DNA from: an uncultured Planctomycetaceae bacterium
GTDB lineage: Bacteria > Planctomycetota > Planctomycetia > Isosphaerales > Isosphaeraceae
Assembly: GCA_963833985.1 (NCBI GenBank)
Contig: CAWIAD010000002.1
Span: forward strand, 1,952,001 to 2,016,000
Length of the DNA: 64,000 nt
Direction of reading: 5' to 3'
Both the position numbers and the translations under genes were made by a program. Numbering within the stretch: position 1 is the stretch's first letter; each line of letters starts with the position of its first letter. The notes under the pieces were generated by a model. It worked only from the letters and a program-made list of their open reading frames with translations, ran no database searches and was not told where the DNA came from. This document shows positions 54,236 to 64,000 of the stretch, piece by piece.

Positions 54236-55361
54236 ATGCGAAAGAAACGCAACCTGGGCTTCACTCTGATTGAGCTGCTGGTGGTCATCGCCATCATCGC
54301 GGTCCTCATCTCACTGCTTTTACCCGCCGTGCAGTCGGCGCGAGGCCGCTCGCCGCGCGCAATGCACCAATAACCTCAAGCAGATTGGCCTTGCGCTGCA
54401 CAACTATCACAGCACGATGGACCGGTTCCCCATGGCCGTCTCCAAGGACCCGTACTGGGGCCCGGGAGACACCGACGGCCAGTGGGGTTACGGCCGCTGG
54501 ACCGGCTGGAGTGCGCAGGCCCTGCTCCTGGGTTATCTGGACCAGATGCCAATGTACAACGCGGCGAATTTCAACCTGGGCCCGGGATGCGCAGGTGGAC
54601 TGCTGGGCTCGCTCCCCAACAGCACCGTCTACAACGCCGTGATCAATTCCTACCTGTGCCCATCGGACCCGAACGCGGGTCCCCAGCGCAGCAACAGCTA
54701 CCACGCGAGCATCGGCTCGACCACCTACGAGAGCCCCATCACCACGCCGGGGATGTTCGCGGTATTCAACTGCTACGGATTGGCATCCTGCACCGATGGC
54801 TCCTCGAACACGATTGCTTTCGCAGAAGCCCTGACGGGCAGCGACACGGCGGTCTCGGGGAATACCTCGCAGGGTAATGCGTACCGCGGCGACGTTGTCG
54901 AGAACGCCAACAACCCGGGGACGGGCGGCCAGGGTGCGGACGATCCCCAGGGCTTCTACGGCACGAACGCGCAATTTCTCATGGCCTCTTCGAACTCGAC
55001 CGCCGTACTCGCCGGCCTGCAAGCCTGCGCCCAGGCCTGGACCAACCAGGCGACCGCGTCGTACTCGACGATGCGCGGGTTCGTCTGGTCCGACGGTAAT
55101 GGCGGCTGGACCTACACCAACCTGATCCAGACGCCGAACAGGGACCCGCTCTTTTCCGGTGGCGGCTGCCGCTTCAACTGCGCCGGGTGCGGCATCGACA
55201 GCTCGTTCAGCTACGCCGTCTCGAGCAACCACCCCGGCGGGGCAAACCTTCTGATGACCGATGGCAGCGTCCGGTTCATCAAGGACAGCGTGAATCGGAT
55301 GACCTGGTGGGCCCTTGGCACGCGCAATGGCAACGAGGTCATCAGCTCAGACAGTTATTGA
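54236..55361 (+). CDS. DUF1559 prepilin-type protein, apparent frameshift ~54340
   Basis: [28 protein letters not shown] / [47 protein letters not shown]. Confidence 0.93.
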
Positions 55362-55424
55362 ACGAGATCGACCCGGAGACGCGGCCAGCCATGCGGGCTG
55401 CGCCTGCGGGCCGCAGGAGAACTC

Positions 55425-55646
55425 ATGATGCCTTTCCCTCGCGTTCGAACGTCCGCCACCGCGGCGCTCCATTGCGTCTTGCTGGCAGGATTTGCCCTGA
55501 CCTGTGGGTGCTCCGGGTCGGCTTCCGGTAACAAGGCCGACGATCCGGCGCTCAAGTCGGCCACGCAGAAATCGATGGAGCTGTACAAGTCGAAAACGCA
55601 GCACATGAAGCCTCGTTCGCAGTCGGCGGTGAAGCGGCCGCGCTAA
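55425..55646 (+). CDS. Small putative lipoprotein following DUF1559
   Basis: RBS AGGAG; hydrophobic stretch then TCGC lipobox-like motif. Confidence 0.65.
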   Translation: MMPFPRVRTSATAALHCVLLAGFALTCGCSGSASGNKADDPALKSATQKSMELYKSKTQHMKPRSQSAVKRPR

Positions 55647-55753
55647 GGCCAGGCGCCATGCCTCTGTCTGGCGCATCCACGATGCGCGGCGTCGCAACGC
55701 CCGCCATGGCGGCGTCGGGCCGGCCGGCGGGCACGGCCCGATGGCCCGCAAGC

Positions 55754-56412
55754 TCACCGTGACGCCTGCGGCTCCAGCTCGGTGATCTCGATATCCTTGA
55801 AGCGCACTTCCATCGGCGGGCCGACGTGGACCTGGAGGGCGATGATGCCCTGGTCTTCAAATTCGGGATCGGTGCGGTCGATGATGCGCGTGCCGTTCAG
55901 GTCGATCGTGACGTGCTTGCCTTTGGCGGTGATGATGAACTCGTTCCAGCCGCCCTGCTTGACCAGCTTGGCGGCCTCCTCCTTGGGATATTGTTGAAGC
56001 ATGCCCCGGCCCCGCTCCTCGTAGAGCAGGCCCCAGTAACCGTCAGCGACGTCAGCCTGCGGGCCGGACACGGCGCCATCGGAGTGCGCTTGCTGCGGAA
56101 CTGGATGCCCGAGTTGCCGTTCTTGAACTTGACCTTCGCCTTGAGCACGAAATCGCGATACGGCCTGGCCGTGACGAGGAACTCATTCTTCTTCAGGTTC
56201 CCCTGGGTGCGGCCAACGATCTCGCCATCCTCGGCGGTGAAGATGGCCTTGTCGTCGGGCGTGACCCAGCCGTTCAGGTCCTTGCCGTTGAACAGGCTCT
56301 GAGCCCTGGATTGCTCCTGGCCCCAGGCGTGAGTCGCCACGGCACCCGGTAGCCAGCCCAGACCGCAGAGGCCGATCAGGCACGCAGGCAGCAATCGCGC
56401 ATTGAGCTTCAT
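55754..56412 (-). CDS. DUF1080 secreted protein, apparent frameshift ~56075
   Basis: SLFNGKDLNGW, GNSGIQFRS / GPQAD, GIIALQVH...EVRFKDI. Confidence 0.88.
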
Positions 56413-56754
56413 GAGCGTGGTCTTTCTTGATTGCGAAGGCGGGGCCGGGTGAGCGGGCATGCGGCGCAAACCGCCAGCGCCCGGCCCGTGAGTCCTGGCG
56501 GGTGGCACGATCCTTCGCGATTGTCACCCCGCGCCGCCGCCGGGTCAACGAGCCAGCGATCCTGGCCCGCGACAATCCAGTGCACAGCGGCAGGCGCCGC
56601 CCGTGACCGGGGCACGCGCCGCCCGTGACCGGGGCACACGATCGCGTTCGGGCCTTCGGCTTCCTCCCCGGCTGGCAGACGGTCCCGGGGACCAGTAGAA
56701 TCAGTCACGTTGTCTGCACGGAACACAATGACTGCCGCACGAGGCTGAAACCGC

Positions 56755-57774
56755 ATGTCGTTCCAGGAGGATCTGGCACGCTACGGGCCTGGAACGACCG
56801 GGTGCATGTCACGCGCCGAGGCGCTGGCTTATTGCGCGCAGCTCACGGCCACGCACTATGAGAACTTCAGCGTGGTGACCTGGCTGACGCCGCGCGCGCA
56901 CCGGCCGGCCTTCCAGAGCATCTACGCCTACTGCCGCTGGGCCGACGACCTGGGCGATGAGATCGGCGATCCCGCGCGCGCTCTCAGTTTGCTGGCCTGG
57001 TGGCGCGGCGAGCTGCGCGCGATGTACCAGGGCGAGGCGCGGCACCCGGTGATGATTGCGCTGGCGGAAACCGTCTCGGCCTACCAGATTCCCATCGCGC
57101 CCTTCGAGTCGCTCATCGACGCCTTCGAGCAGGACCAGACCGTCACCGAATACGAGACCTTTGCGGAGCTGGTCGACTACTGCACGCGCTCGGCCAATCC
57201 GGTGGGCCGCCTGGTCCTGCATGTGGCCGGTGCGTACACCGAGGAGAACCTGCCGCTGTCCGACGCCACCTGCACCGCGCTGCAACTGGCGAACTTCTGG
57301 CAAGACGTGGCACGGGACCTGGCCATCGGCCGCATTTACCTGCCACGCGAGGATCGCCTGCGCCACGGCTACCCGGGCTCCGACCTGAGGGCCCTGCGAT
57401 TCACGCCGGCCTTCGCACGGCTCATGAAGTTCGAGGTGGAGCGCACCCGGGCCCTCTTCGACCTGGGCCGTCCCCTGGCGGCCCGGATTCCCGGCAGCCT
57501 CGCGGTTGACATCGACCTCTTCTCGCGCGGCGGCCTGGCGATCCTGGACCGGATCGAGGCGCGCGGCTTCGACGTGCTGAGTGCGCGCCCGTCGCTGTCG
57601 CGCTGGACCAAGGCCAGCCTGCTGGGACATGCGCTCGCCGGCATGGCCTGGGCGTCCCTGCGGGATCGCCGGAGCGGTACGCGCCCGTCCGCCAGCCGGG
57701 CGCCCGCGGCCTGCGGAAGTGCGCCGACACCCGCGTCCGCCCCCGCGCCACAAAACCTGGAGAGCCCCCGGTGA
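56755..57774 (+). CDS. hpnC: Hydroxysqualene synthase HpnC
   Basis: HYENFSV, YCRWADDLGDE, SANPVGRLVL, LQLANFWQDV. Confidence 0.93.
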   Translation: MSFQEDLARYGPGTTGCMSRAEALAYCAQLTATHYENFSVVTWLTPRAHRPAFQSIYAYCRWADDLGDEIGDPARALSLLAWWRGELRAMYQGEARHPVMIALAETVSAYQIPIAPFESLIDAFEQDQTVTEYETFAELVDYCTRSANPVGRLVLHVAGAYTEENLPLSDATCTALQLANFWQDVARDLAIGRIYLPREDRLRHGYPGSDLRALRFTPAFARLMKFEVERTRALFDLGRPLAARIPGSLAVDIDLFSRGGLAILDRIEARGFDVLSARPSLSRWTKASLLGHALAGMAWASLRDRRSGTRPSASRAPAACGSAPTPASAPAPQNLESPR

Positions 57775-58675
57775 AGAGGGAACCCGCACTCGACCGCAGC
57801 TACCGGTTCTGTGAGCGGCTCGCCCGCCGGGAGGCGAGGAACTTTCATCTCGCGTTCCGCCTGCTGCCGCTGGATCGCCGGCTGTCGATGTCGGCGCTGT
57901 ATGCCTTCATGCGGCACACCGACGACCTGGCGGACTCGAGCGGCGCGGTGGAGGAGAAGGAGGCAAGGCTCGGCCAGTGGCGCGGCGAACTGGAGGCGGC
58001 CCTGGCGGGCCGGCTTGTCGAGTGGCCTGGCCTGCCCGCCCTGGCCGACACCGTCGTGCGCCGGGGAATTCCCCCGGAGCACTGCTACGCGGTGATCACC
58101 GGGGTGTCCATGGACCTCAGGCCGCAGTCCTACGCGAGCTTCGAGGAGCTGACGGATTACTGCTACCACGTCGCGTCGGTCGTCGGCCTGTGCTGCATCC
58201 ACATCTGGGGCTACCGCTCGGACGGTGGGCGGGCCGAGCGTCTGGCGGAGGCGTGCGGCACCGCCCTCCAGCTCACGAACATCCTCCGTGACGTGCGCGA
58301 GGATGCGCGCGCGGGCGCGTGTACCTGCCGCGTGATGAGATGGCCCGCTTCGGCGTCACGCCGGAAGACCTCGACGCCGACCACCTGAGTACGGGGCTCC
58401 GCGACCTCCTGGCCTTCCAGGCGGACCGCGCACGCGGCTACTACGAGCAGGCCGCGGAACTGCTCCCCCTGGTCGAGCCGGTCGGCCGGCCGGTGCTGCT
58501 CACCATCGTGGGAATCTACCGGGCCTTGCTCGACGAGATCATCCGGCGGGATTATAACGTTTTATGTTCAAGGGCGACTGTTCCCTCCTGGCGCAAGGCA
58601 CTGATCGCCCTGACGGCGCTGCCCCGGCGGTTCACGCGCACCGCCCAGGCGCTTTCCACCACTCCCGTTTCGTGA
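57771..58675 (+). CDS. hpnD: Presqualene diphosphate synthase HpnD, apparent frameshift ~58318
   Basis: LYAFMRHTDDLAD, YCYHVASVVG, LQLTNILRDVRED / YLP; lies between hpnC and hpnE. Confidence 0.88.
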
Positions 58676-58696
58676 GCGTGCTGGTTGTCTCATCTC

Positions 58697-60289
58697 ATGT
58701 CGCCCGCATACAAGCCTCCGGCTCCCCACGTCGTGATCGTCGGCGGCGGCCTCGCCGGGCTGGCGGCCGCGGCCGCACTGGTTGACCGGGGGCTGAGAAT
58801 CACGCTCCTGGAGAGCCGGCCCAGGCTCGGCGGCCGCGCCAGCTCGTTCACCGATCCGGTCACCGGCGAGCTGGTCGACAATTGCCAGCACGTGAGCATG
58901 GGCTGCTGTACGAACCTGGCCGATTTTTGCAGGCGCGTGGGGATCGCGGACCTGTTCCGTCGCGAGCCTGCCTTCCTCTTCCTGGGTCGCGACGGGCGGC
59001 TCTCCACGCTCAGGGCCGGCAAACTGCCCGCTCCCTTGCACCTGGCGGGCAGCTTCCTGCGTGTCCGCTTTCTGGGGTGGGGCGACAAGCTGCGGATCGC
59101 GCACGGACTGGCTTGCCTGGCACTCGGCCATGACGAGCGCCCGGGCGAGCCTTTCCAGTCCTGGCTGACCCGGCACGGGCAGAACGCGCGCACGCTCGAT
59201 TTGTTCTGGTCGGCCGTGCTGGTCTCCGCGCTGAACGAACGGCTCGACCAGATGGATTTCGGCCATGCCCGCAAGGTCTTCGTCGATGGTTTTCTGAGCA
59301 ACCCGGCCGGTTTCGAGATGGAGCTGCCGCTGGTGCCCCTGGGCGACCTGTATGGCGCGCGGCTCCAGGCGTGGCTGCAAGCGCAGGGCGTGGCCGTCCA
59401 CCTGACCGCGGGCGCCCGCGCGGTGGACTGCGACGACGATGGCGCCTTGCGCGGGCTCTTCCTGCGTGACGGGACGTTTCTGACCGCCGATTTCGTGGTG
59501 CTGGCAGTCTCGTTCGACCGCGTGCCAGCCCTGGCCGGCGAGCCGCTCGTCGCGCGGGTCCCGGGTTTGCAGAACCTGGCCGCGCTCCAGTCCTCACCCA
59601 TCACCGGAGTCCATCTCTGGTTCGACCGGCCGGTCTGCCCTCATGACCACGTGGTCACGCCTGGTCGGCTGGTCCAGTGGGTCTTCAACCACACGGCCAT
59701 CCAGGGGAGGACTGCGCGTGGGCTCGCTCCGCGGGCCGACCGGCAAACCGGGATCGGACCCGGCGAAAAGCCGGAGAGCCAGTACCTTCAGGTCGTCATC
59801 AGCGCGTCGTACGACCTGCTCCCGCTCGACAAAGTGGCGATCCGCGATGCCGTGCTGGCCGATCTGGCCGCGATCTGGCCGGCAGCCCGAGAGGCGCGGT
59901 TGCTCCGGTGGTGGGTGGTCACCGAGCACGGCGCCACCTTCGCCGTCCGGCCGGGCGTGGACGCGCTGCGGCCACCCCAGCGCACGCCCATCGACGGCCT
60001 CTTCCTTGCCGGCGACTGGACAGCCACAGGCTGGCCGGCCACCATGGAGGGCGCGGTGCGATCCGGCTACCTCGCCGCGCAGGGCATCCTCGAGGACCTG
60101 GGCCGGCCCAGCCGCCTGCTCCGCACGGACCTCGCACGCGGCAGGCTGGCCCGACTGCTGCTCGGCTCGCCGGCCGAAAGCCCGCGGCGGCTCGCCTTCG
60201 AGGAACTCCGCCAGCCACTTTCCGCCCCCTCGGACCCGCGCCCGCCGGTCGTACCTTCGTCGTGCGCCCGCGCGGACGAAACCTCTTGA
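58697..60289 (+). CDS. hpnE: Hydroxysqualene dehydroxylase HpnE
   Basis: VGGGLAGLAAA, LGGRASSF, DNCQH, AGDWTATGWPATMEGAVRSG. Confidence 0.92.
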   Translation: MSPAYKPPAPHVVIVGGGLAGLAAAAALVDRGLRITLLESRPRLGGRASSFTDPVTGELVDNCQHVSMGCCTNLADFCRRVGIADLFRREPAFLFLGRDGRLSTLRAGKLPAPLHLAGSFLRVRFLGWGDKLRIAHGLACLALGHDERPGEPFQSWLTRHGQNARTLDLFWSAVLVSALNERLDQMDFGHARKVFVDGFLSNPAGFEMELPLVPLGDLYGARLQAWLQAQGVAVHLTAGARAVDCDDDGALRGLFLRDGTFLTADFVVLAVSFDRVPALAGEPLVARVPGLQNLAALQSSPITGVHLWFDRPVCPHDHVVTPGRLVQWVFNHTAIQGRTARGLAPRADRQTGIGPGEKPESQYLQVVISASYDLLPLDKVAIRDAVLADLAAIWPAAREARLLRWWVVTEHGATFAVRPGVDALRPPQRTPIDGLFLAGDWTATGWPATMEGAVRSGYLAAQGILEDLGRPSRLLRTDLARGRLARLLLGSPAESPRRLAFEELRQPLSAPSDPRPPVVPSSCARADETS

Positions 60290-60326
60290 CGACCACCGCG
60301 ATCCAGCTCATGCCCGGTCGAACGAA

Positions 60327-60965
60327 TTAGTGACGCACAATGGGGATGAAACCCTCATTGCGGTAGGGGTCAATTTCGTCGCCCAGCAGTTCCAGCTCAC
60401 CGTTCAAGTATTGATAATACTCAATATGATGGTTGAAGGTCGAGCAGAGGCTCCGCTCCTTCGTCGCGCACATCGGATGCACGAAAACGACGGCCCGCCA
60501 GTGGCCGTGCGGCAGCCGCATGACTCGTTTGATCCAGAGATTCCACCCCGGCGGAATCAGCTCGGGATGCTGGGGATCGGTCGTCTTCCAGGTTGGGAAC
60601 GATTGCAGCCTGTTCGGGTTCTCCGGCTCGGCCTGCTCCAACACGCGCTGGACTTCCTTGGCCAGCACGACACTCTCAGCATCGCCGGGGGCTTCGAGTT
60701 GGATCATTACATGGAATTGGCCAGTCGACTCCAGGTCGATCGCGCCAGGCAAGTGACGAATGTCAATCCCCGTATAAGCCTTTACGTTCGGAGGCATTGG
60801 AGGTGGCGGATCCGGCGGGCCCACGAAAGGCGGCTTGGGCCAGGGCGGGAGATTGCCCGGTACGTAATCGGGCGGTGGTACGATCCCGCCCCGATACTCC
60901 ACCACGGCAACCATCGCGACGATGAGGCCCAGCAGGAACGCCAGCCGGCAAACTTGCTTGATCAC
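60327..60965 (-). CDS. Membrane-anchored/secreted hypothetical protein, paralog A
   Basis: GTG after GGAGG; VIKQVCRLAFLLGLIVAMVAVV, Pro-rich linker; full-length similarity to 61109..61750. Confidence 0.75.
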   Translation of the reverse strand: MIKQVCRLAFLLGLIVAMVAVVEYRGGIVPPPDYVPGNLPPWPKPPFVGPPDPPPPMPPNVKAYTGIDIRHLPGAIDLESTGQFHVMIQLEAPGDAESVVLAKEVQRVLEQAEPENPNRLQSFPTWKTTDPQHPELIPPGWNLWIKRVMRLPHGHWRAVVFVHPMCATKERSLCSTFNHHIEYYQYLNGELELLGDEIDPYRNEGFIPIVRH

Positions 60966-60994
60966 TGAACCTCCCAAATGGGACACTTCAATCG

Positions 60995-61101
60995 TCACCC
61001 ATCACTGGCGTCCATCTCTGCTTTGACCGGCCGGTCTGCCCCTACGACCACGTGGTGACGCCCAGCCGGCTGATCCAGTGGGTCTTTAATCGCACGGCCA
61101 T
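60995..61101 (+). pseudogene. 107-bp degenerate internal fragment of hpnE
   Basis: Aligns without gaps to 59594-59700 (SPITGVHLWFDRPVCPHDHVVTPGRLVQWVFNHTA). Confidence 0.85.
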
Positions 61102-61108
61102 GTCCTTA

Positions 61109-61750
61109 TCAGGGCCGCACAAAAGGCACGATGCCTTGCTCAGGGTCGAAGTCAGGATCTACTTCATCGCCGATCAGTTCCAGCTCACCATTTAAATACC
61201 GATAATATTCGATATGATGGTTCAGAGTCGAGCAGCGGTTGCGCTCTTTCGTCGTGCACATGGAATGCACGAAGACGACGGCCCTCCAGTTCCCATGCGG
61301 CAGCCGCATGACCCGTTTGATGGAGAGATACCAACCCAATGGGATCACCTCGGGATACCGGGGATCCCTCGTCCTCCAGGTCGGGAAGGATAGCATCCGG
61401 TTGGGATTCTCCGGCCGGGCCTGCTCCAGCACGCGCTGGACCTCCTTGGCCAGCGCGACACTTTCATGATTGCCAGCGTCCTCTAGCTGGATCAGCACCT
61501 TGAGCTGTCCCGTCGACTCCAGGTCGGGCATGAAAGGCAAGTGCCGAATATCGCCTCCCGGATAGACCTTCGCGGGCGGGAACGGATGCGGCGGATCCGG
61601 CGGGCCCACGAAAGTCGGCTTGGGCCAAGGCGGGAGATTGCCCGGTACGTAATCGGGCGGTGGTACGATCCCGCGCCGATACTCCACCACGGCAACCATC
61701 GCGACGATGAGGCCCAGCAGGAACGCCAGCCGGCAAACTTGCTTGATCAC
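61109..61750 (-). CDS. Membrane-anchored/secreted hypothetical protein, paralog B
   Basis: GTG overlaps the TGA of the upstream gene; near-identical N-terminus to paralog A. Confidence 0.78.
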   Translation of the reverse strand: MIKQVCRLAFLLGLIVAMVAVVEYRRGIVPPPDYVPGNLPPWPKPTFVGPPDPPHPFPPAKVYPGGDIRHLPFMPDLESTGQLKVLIQLEDAGNHESVALAKEVQRVLEQARPENPNRMLSFPTWRTRDPRYPEVIPLGWYLSIKRVMRLPHGNWRAVVFVHSMCTTKERNRCSTLNHHIEYYRYLNGELELIGDEVDPDFDPEQGIVPFVRP

Positions 61751-62691
61751 TGGACCTCCCAATGTGTCGCGTCGACCTTGGTCCACATCCAGTTCAAGGC
61801 CGGTAGCCCTACCGTAAAGGACTCCTGGCCCTGGTTGGTGGACATCTCCCACGTGTACTGAAGCTCCTGCGTATATGCGACGTATGCGGTCCCGACGGGG
61901 ATCGCCGCCCATTGCGCGGCCGTCATGCCCGGAACCCCGACCGAGTCATAGAGATGGGGTGCTGTGACGTTCCAGCTCAAACCGTACACCGACGGCCCCC
62001 ATCCCTGCGCAAAGGTAATGGATATCGTCGTGAAGACGTTGGTGAGATTCTCTTGAAAAAGCCCTGCCGCGAACGAGCCCAGCGGGCCGTTGGGCGTGGC
62101 GATGTCATCGGTGAGCAGGTCTGCGGCGGTCCATGCGATCGGCGTGTCGATGCCTCCGTCCTTCGTGATTGCCGATGGAGGTGGCACGTCCACCAGGCTC
62201 GTGACGGTCGTCGGCGAGTGCCTCGGGCCTGAAGGATTGCTATCCATGTAGGTCGTCACCGCCGTCACCGTGTACATACCAGGGACCGACAGGTACACTG
62301 TGGCATTCAGAAGCCCGGGACTCTGGGGTGTCAGCGTCGCCGATGTGAACCCATTATACGTGACGGTATAGGTCCAGGTCGTGCCCGTAATCACGAAGTT
62401 CGGCGCTGGCGTCGTCGTTAATGTGAACCTGAGGGTTCCGCCAAGAGCTGGGGTGGTTGTGCTTGGCGACATGCTTACAACGATATCGAATGGCGTGATC
62501 ACGTGCGTCCTCCCGGCCGGCCTGGTCGGCCTGGTCGGGCGGTGCGCGTGACCCTCGTGACTGGGATGTTCCACGTGAGGCGCGTGATGGAGAAGAGGCG
62601 CCAGGGTCGATGGCATGATGCGGAATTCGACGGCCTCAAACACAGGCCGACAGGCTGTCTTACGCATGCGGATGTTGCTTCTGGTGCTCAT
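61747..62691 (-). CDS. Thr-rich extracellular protein with planctomycete-type leader and Ig/PKD-like beta region
   Basis: RPVFEAVEFRIMPS resembles the 'E.LE.R.L' leader; PGMYTVTAV beta-strand pattern. Confidence 0.65.
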   Translation of the reverse strand: MSTRSNIRMRKTACRPVFEAVEFRIMPSTLAPLLHHAPHVEHPSHEGHAHRPTRPTRPAGRTHVITPFDIVVSMSPSTTTPALGGTLRFTLTTTPAPNFVITGTTWTYTVTYNGFTSATLTPQSPGLLNATVYLSVPGMYTVTAVTTYMDSNPSGPRHSPTTVTSLVDVPPPSAITKDGGIDTPIAWTAADLLTDDIATPNGPLGSFAAGLFQENLTNVFTTISITFAQGWGPSVYGLSWNVTAPHLYDSVGVPGMTAAQWAAIPVGTAYVAYTQELQYTWEMSTNQGQESFTVGLPALNWMWTKVDATHWEVQ

Positions 62692-62992
62692 ATTCTTGGG
62701 TGACGTTGTCGTGCCGCCAGGTTACTCCGTTCCACATCGAGCGAGAGAACCTCGGCGAGTCTAGCGATCCGGATTCGCCATTGCCATCAAAAACAAAGCG
62801 AGATCGAAGGTTCCCGCGGCTCATCATCGCGAGCAAGTAGTACACGCACTCTGCTTCCCGAATCATCAGCGGTAAGGACATCGCGGCGCTTAGCTTTGAG
62901 GATGCAATTGCTCAAGTTCCCTACCCGCGACCGCCGAATAGCTCTGAGAAGGATCAAAGGACGTCCAGAATCTCAGTCCGTCAGGATGCGCA

Positions 62993-63856
62993 ATGAGTGT
63001 GCCCATTCACGCAGGCGAGGCCCGGTCAGCGACCCGATCACGTCCCCGCTGGCTCCGGGCGCTGGGCCTGCAAGATCCTCCTGAGACGCTTCAGATCGCG
63101 GGACTTCCGCATCGTCTGAGAGAGCTTTACAAGCACGACTCCTGGGCGGCGACCGCCCTCTATGAGAGTGCCCAGGGCGACTTGCGGATCGTCAAGCTGC
63201 ACCGCCAGGCGTCCGCGTTCGGCATGCCGCTGGACTGGGTCGGCCGGCGGACGGCCCGCAACGAGCGCCAGTTGCTCGCACATCTCTCCGGACTCGATGG
63301 CATCCCCGTCCTGGCCGGTCCGGTGTGCGTGGACGGCAAGGTGCTTGCCAACAGCGTCGCCCGCGAGTTCGTCGCCGGCCATCCGCTGGGCAATCGTGAG
63401 CCGGTTCCCGATGCCTTCTTCCCGGAGCTCCGCCGCTTGCTTGCAGGACTGCACGGGCGGCGCACGGTGTATGTGGACCTGCACAAGCGTGAGAACATCA
63501 TCGTCGGCGACAGCGGTCAGCCGTGCCTCATCGACTTTCAGATCAGCCTGACCTGGCCGGCGTGGCTGCCGTCGGGGCCGATCTTCCGCATCCTCTCGCG
63601 CAGCGATGACTATCACCTGATGAAACACTGGGCGCGGTGCCGGCCCGATCAGTGCGGGATGGACTCGGCGGCCCTGCAAAAGCACATTCCCTGGTGGATC
63701 CGCGGCCATCGGCTGGTGGCCCGCCCGTTCCGCGAGCTGCGCAGGCGGCTGCTGGTGCGGCTGGGAATTCGCACCGGCAAGGGAAGAGTCGAGACGGAGG
63801 CCTTCGCAGAACACGCCCTCCGTGATATAACGCCGGCCAGAGACAAGGCTGCCTGA
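62993..63856 (+). CDS. Protein kinase-like fold protein (RIO/Kdo-like)
   Basis: RIVK, YVDLHKRENII, LIDFQ. Confidence 0.7.
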   Translation: MSVPIHAGEARSATRSRPRWLRALGLQDPPETLQIAGLPHRLRELYKHDSWAATALYESAQGDLRIVKLHRQASAFGMPLDWVGRRTARNERQLLAHLSGLDGIPVLAGPVCVDGKVLANSVAREFVAGHPLGNREPVPDAFFPELRRLLAGLHGRRTVYVDLHKRENIIVGDSGQPCLIDFQISLTWPAWLPSGPIFRILSRSDDYHLMKHWARCRPDQCGMDSAALQKHIPWWIRGHRLVARPFRELRRRLLVRLGIRTGKGRVETEAFAEHALRDITPARDKAA

Positions 63857-63903
63857 TCGCTCAGGCAGACTGACCCACGAAATCTCGGGGCCGCGCAAGA
63901 CTC

Positions 63904-64000
63904 ATGGACGAACCCGCGCGAGGATGGCGCTTCCGGGCCTGGCCCTGGCTGGTCCTGGCCGTTGCCACGCTACCCGCCTTCTGGTACCTCGTTGATTTTG
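63904..64000 (+). CDS. Start of a membrane protein, runs off window end
   Basis: MDEPARGWRFRAWPWLVLAVATLPAFWYLVDF. Confidence 0.5.
   Translation, partial: MDEPARGWRFRAWPWLVLAVATLPAFWYLVDF

Noticed and set aside
56595..56640. 22-bp tandem duplication upstream of hpnC
   Set aside because: Only two copies, consistent with simple slippage

Overview
High-GC bacterial DNA, most likely from a Planctomycete. This rests on the DUF1559 prepilin-like gene, the ECF sigma + Ser/Thr kinase-WD40 pair, tandem Uma2 genes and the 'QIAANRRNA' protein family. In order, the window holds: two Uma2 nucleases, yhbH/prkA, a prenyltransferase-repeat protein, glutathione peroxidase, a ClpN-ThiE fusion, an ECF/kinase pair, a three-gene XPB helicase operon, REP-rich spacers, two aldo-keto reductases, and an ~18 kb minus-strand sugar catabolism cluster with a clear promoter and operator. 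These are followed by DUF1559, DUF1080, hpnCDE and an accessory cassette of tandem paralogs. About a dozen single-base frameshifts in unrelated genes look like assembly indels. Two candidates stand out. (1) A GxxExxY nuclease gene sits between the two transketolase subunit genes; it is bounded by 9-mer-periodic inverted repeats and its left junction occurs as four tandem ~172-bp copies. (2) The XPB operon's two partner genes resemble the TFIIH subunits p8 and p52. All family calls come from reading motifs by eye; no database search was run.
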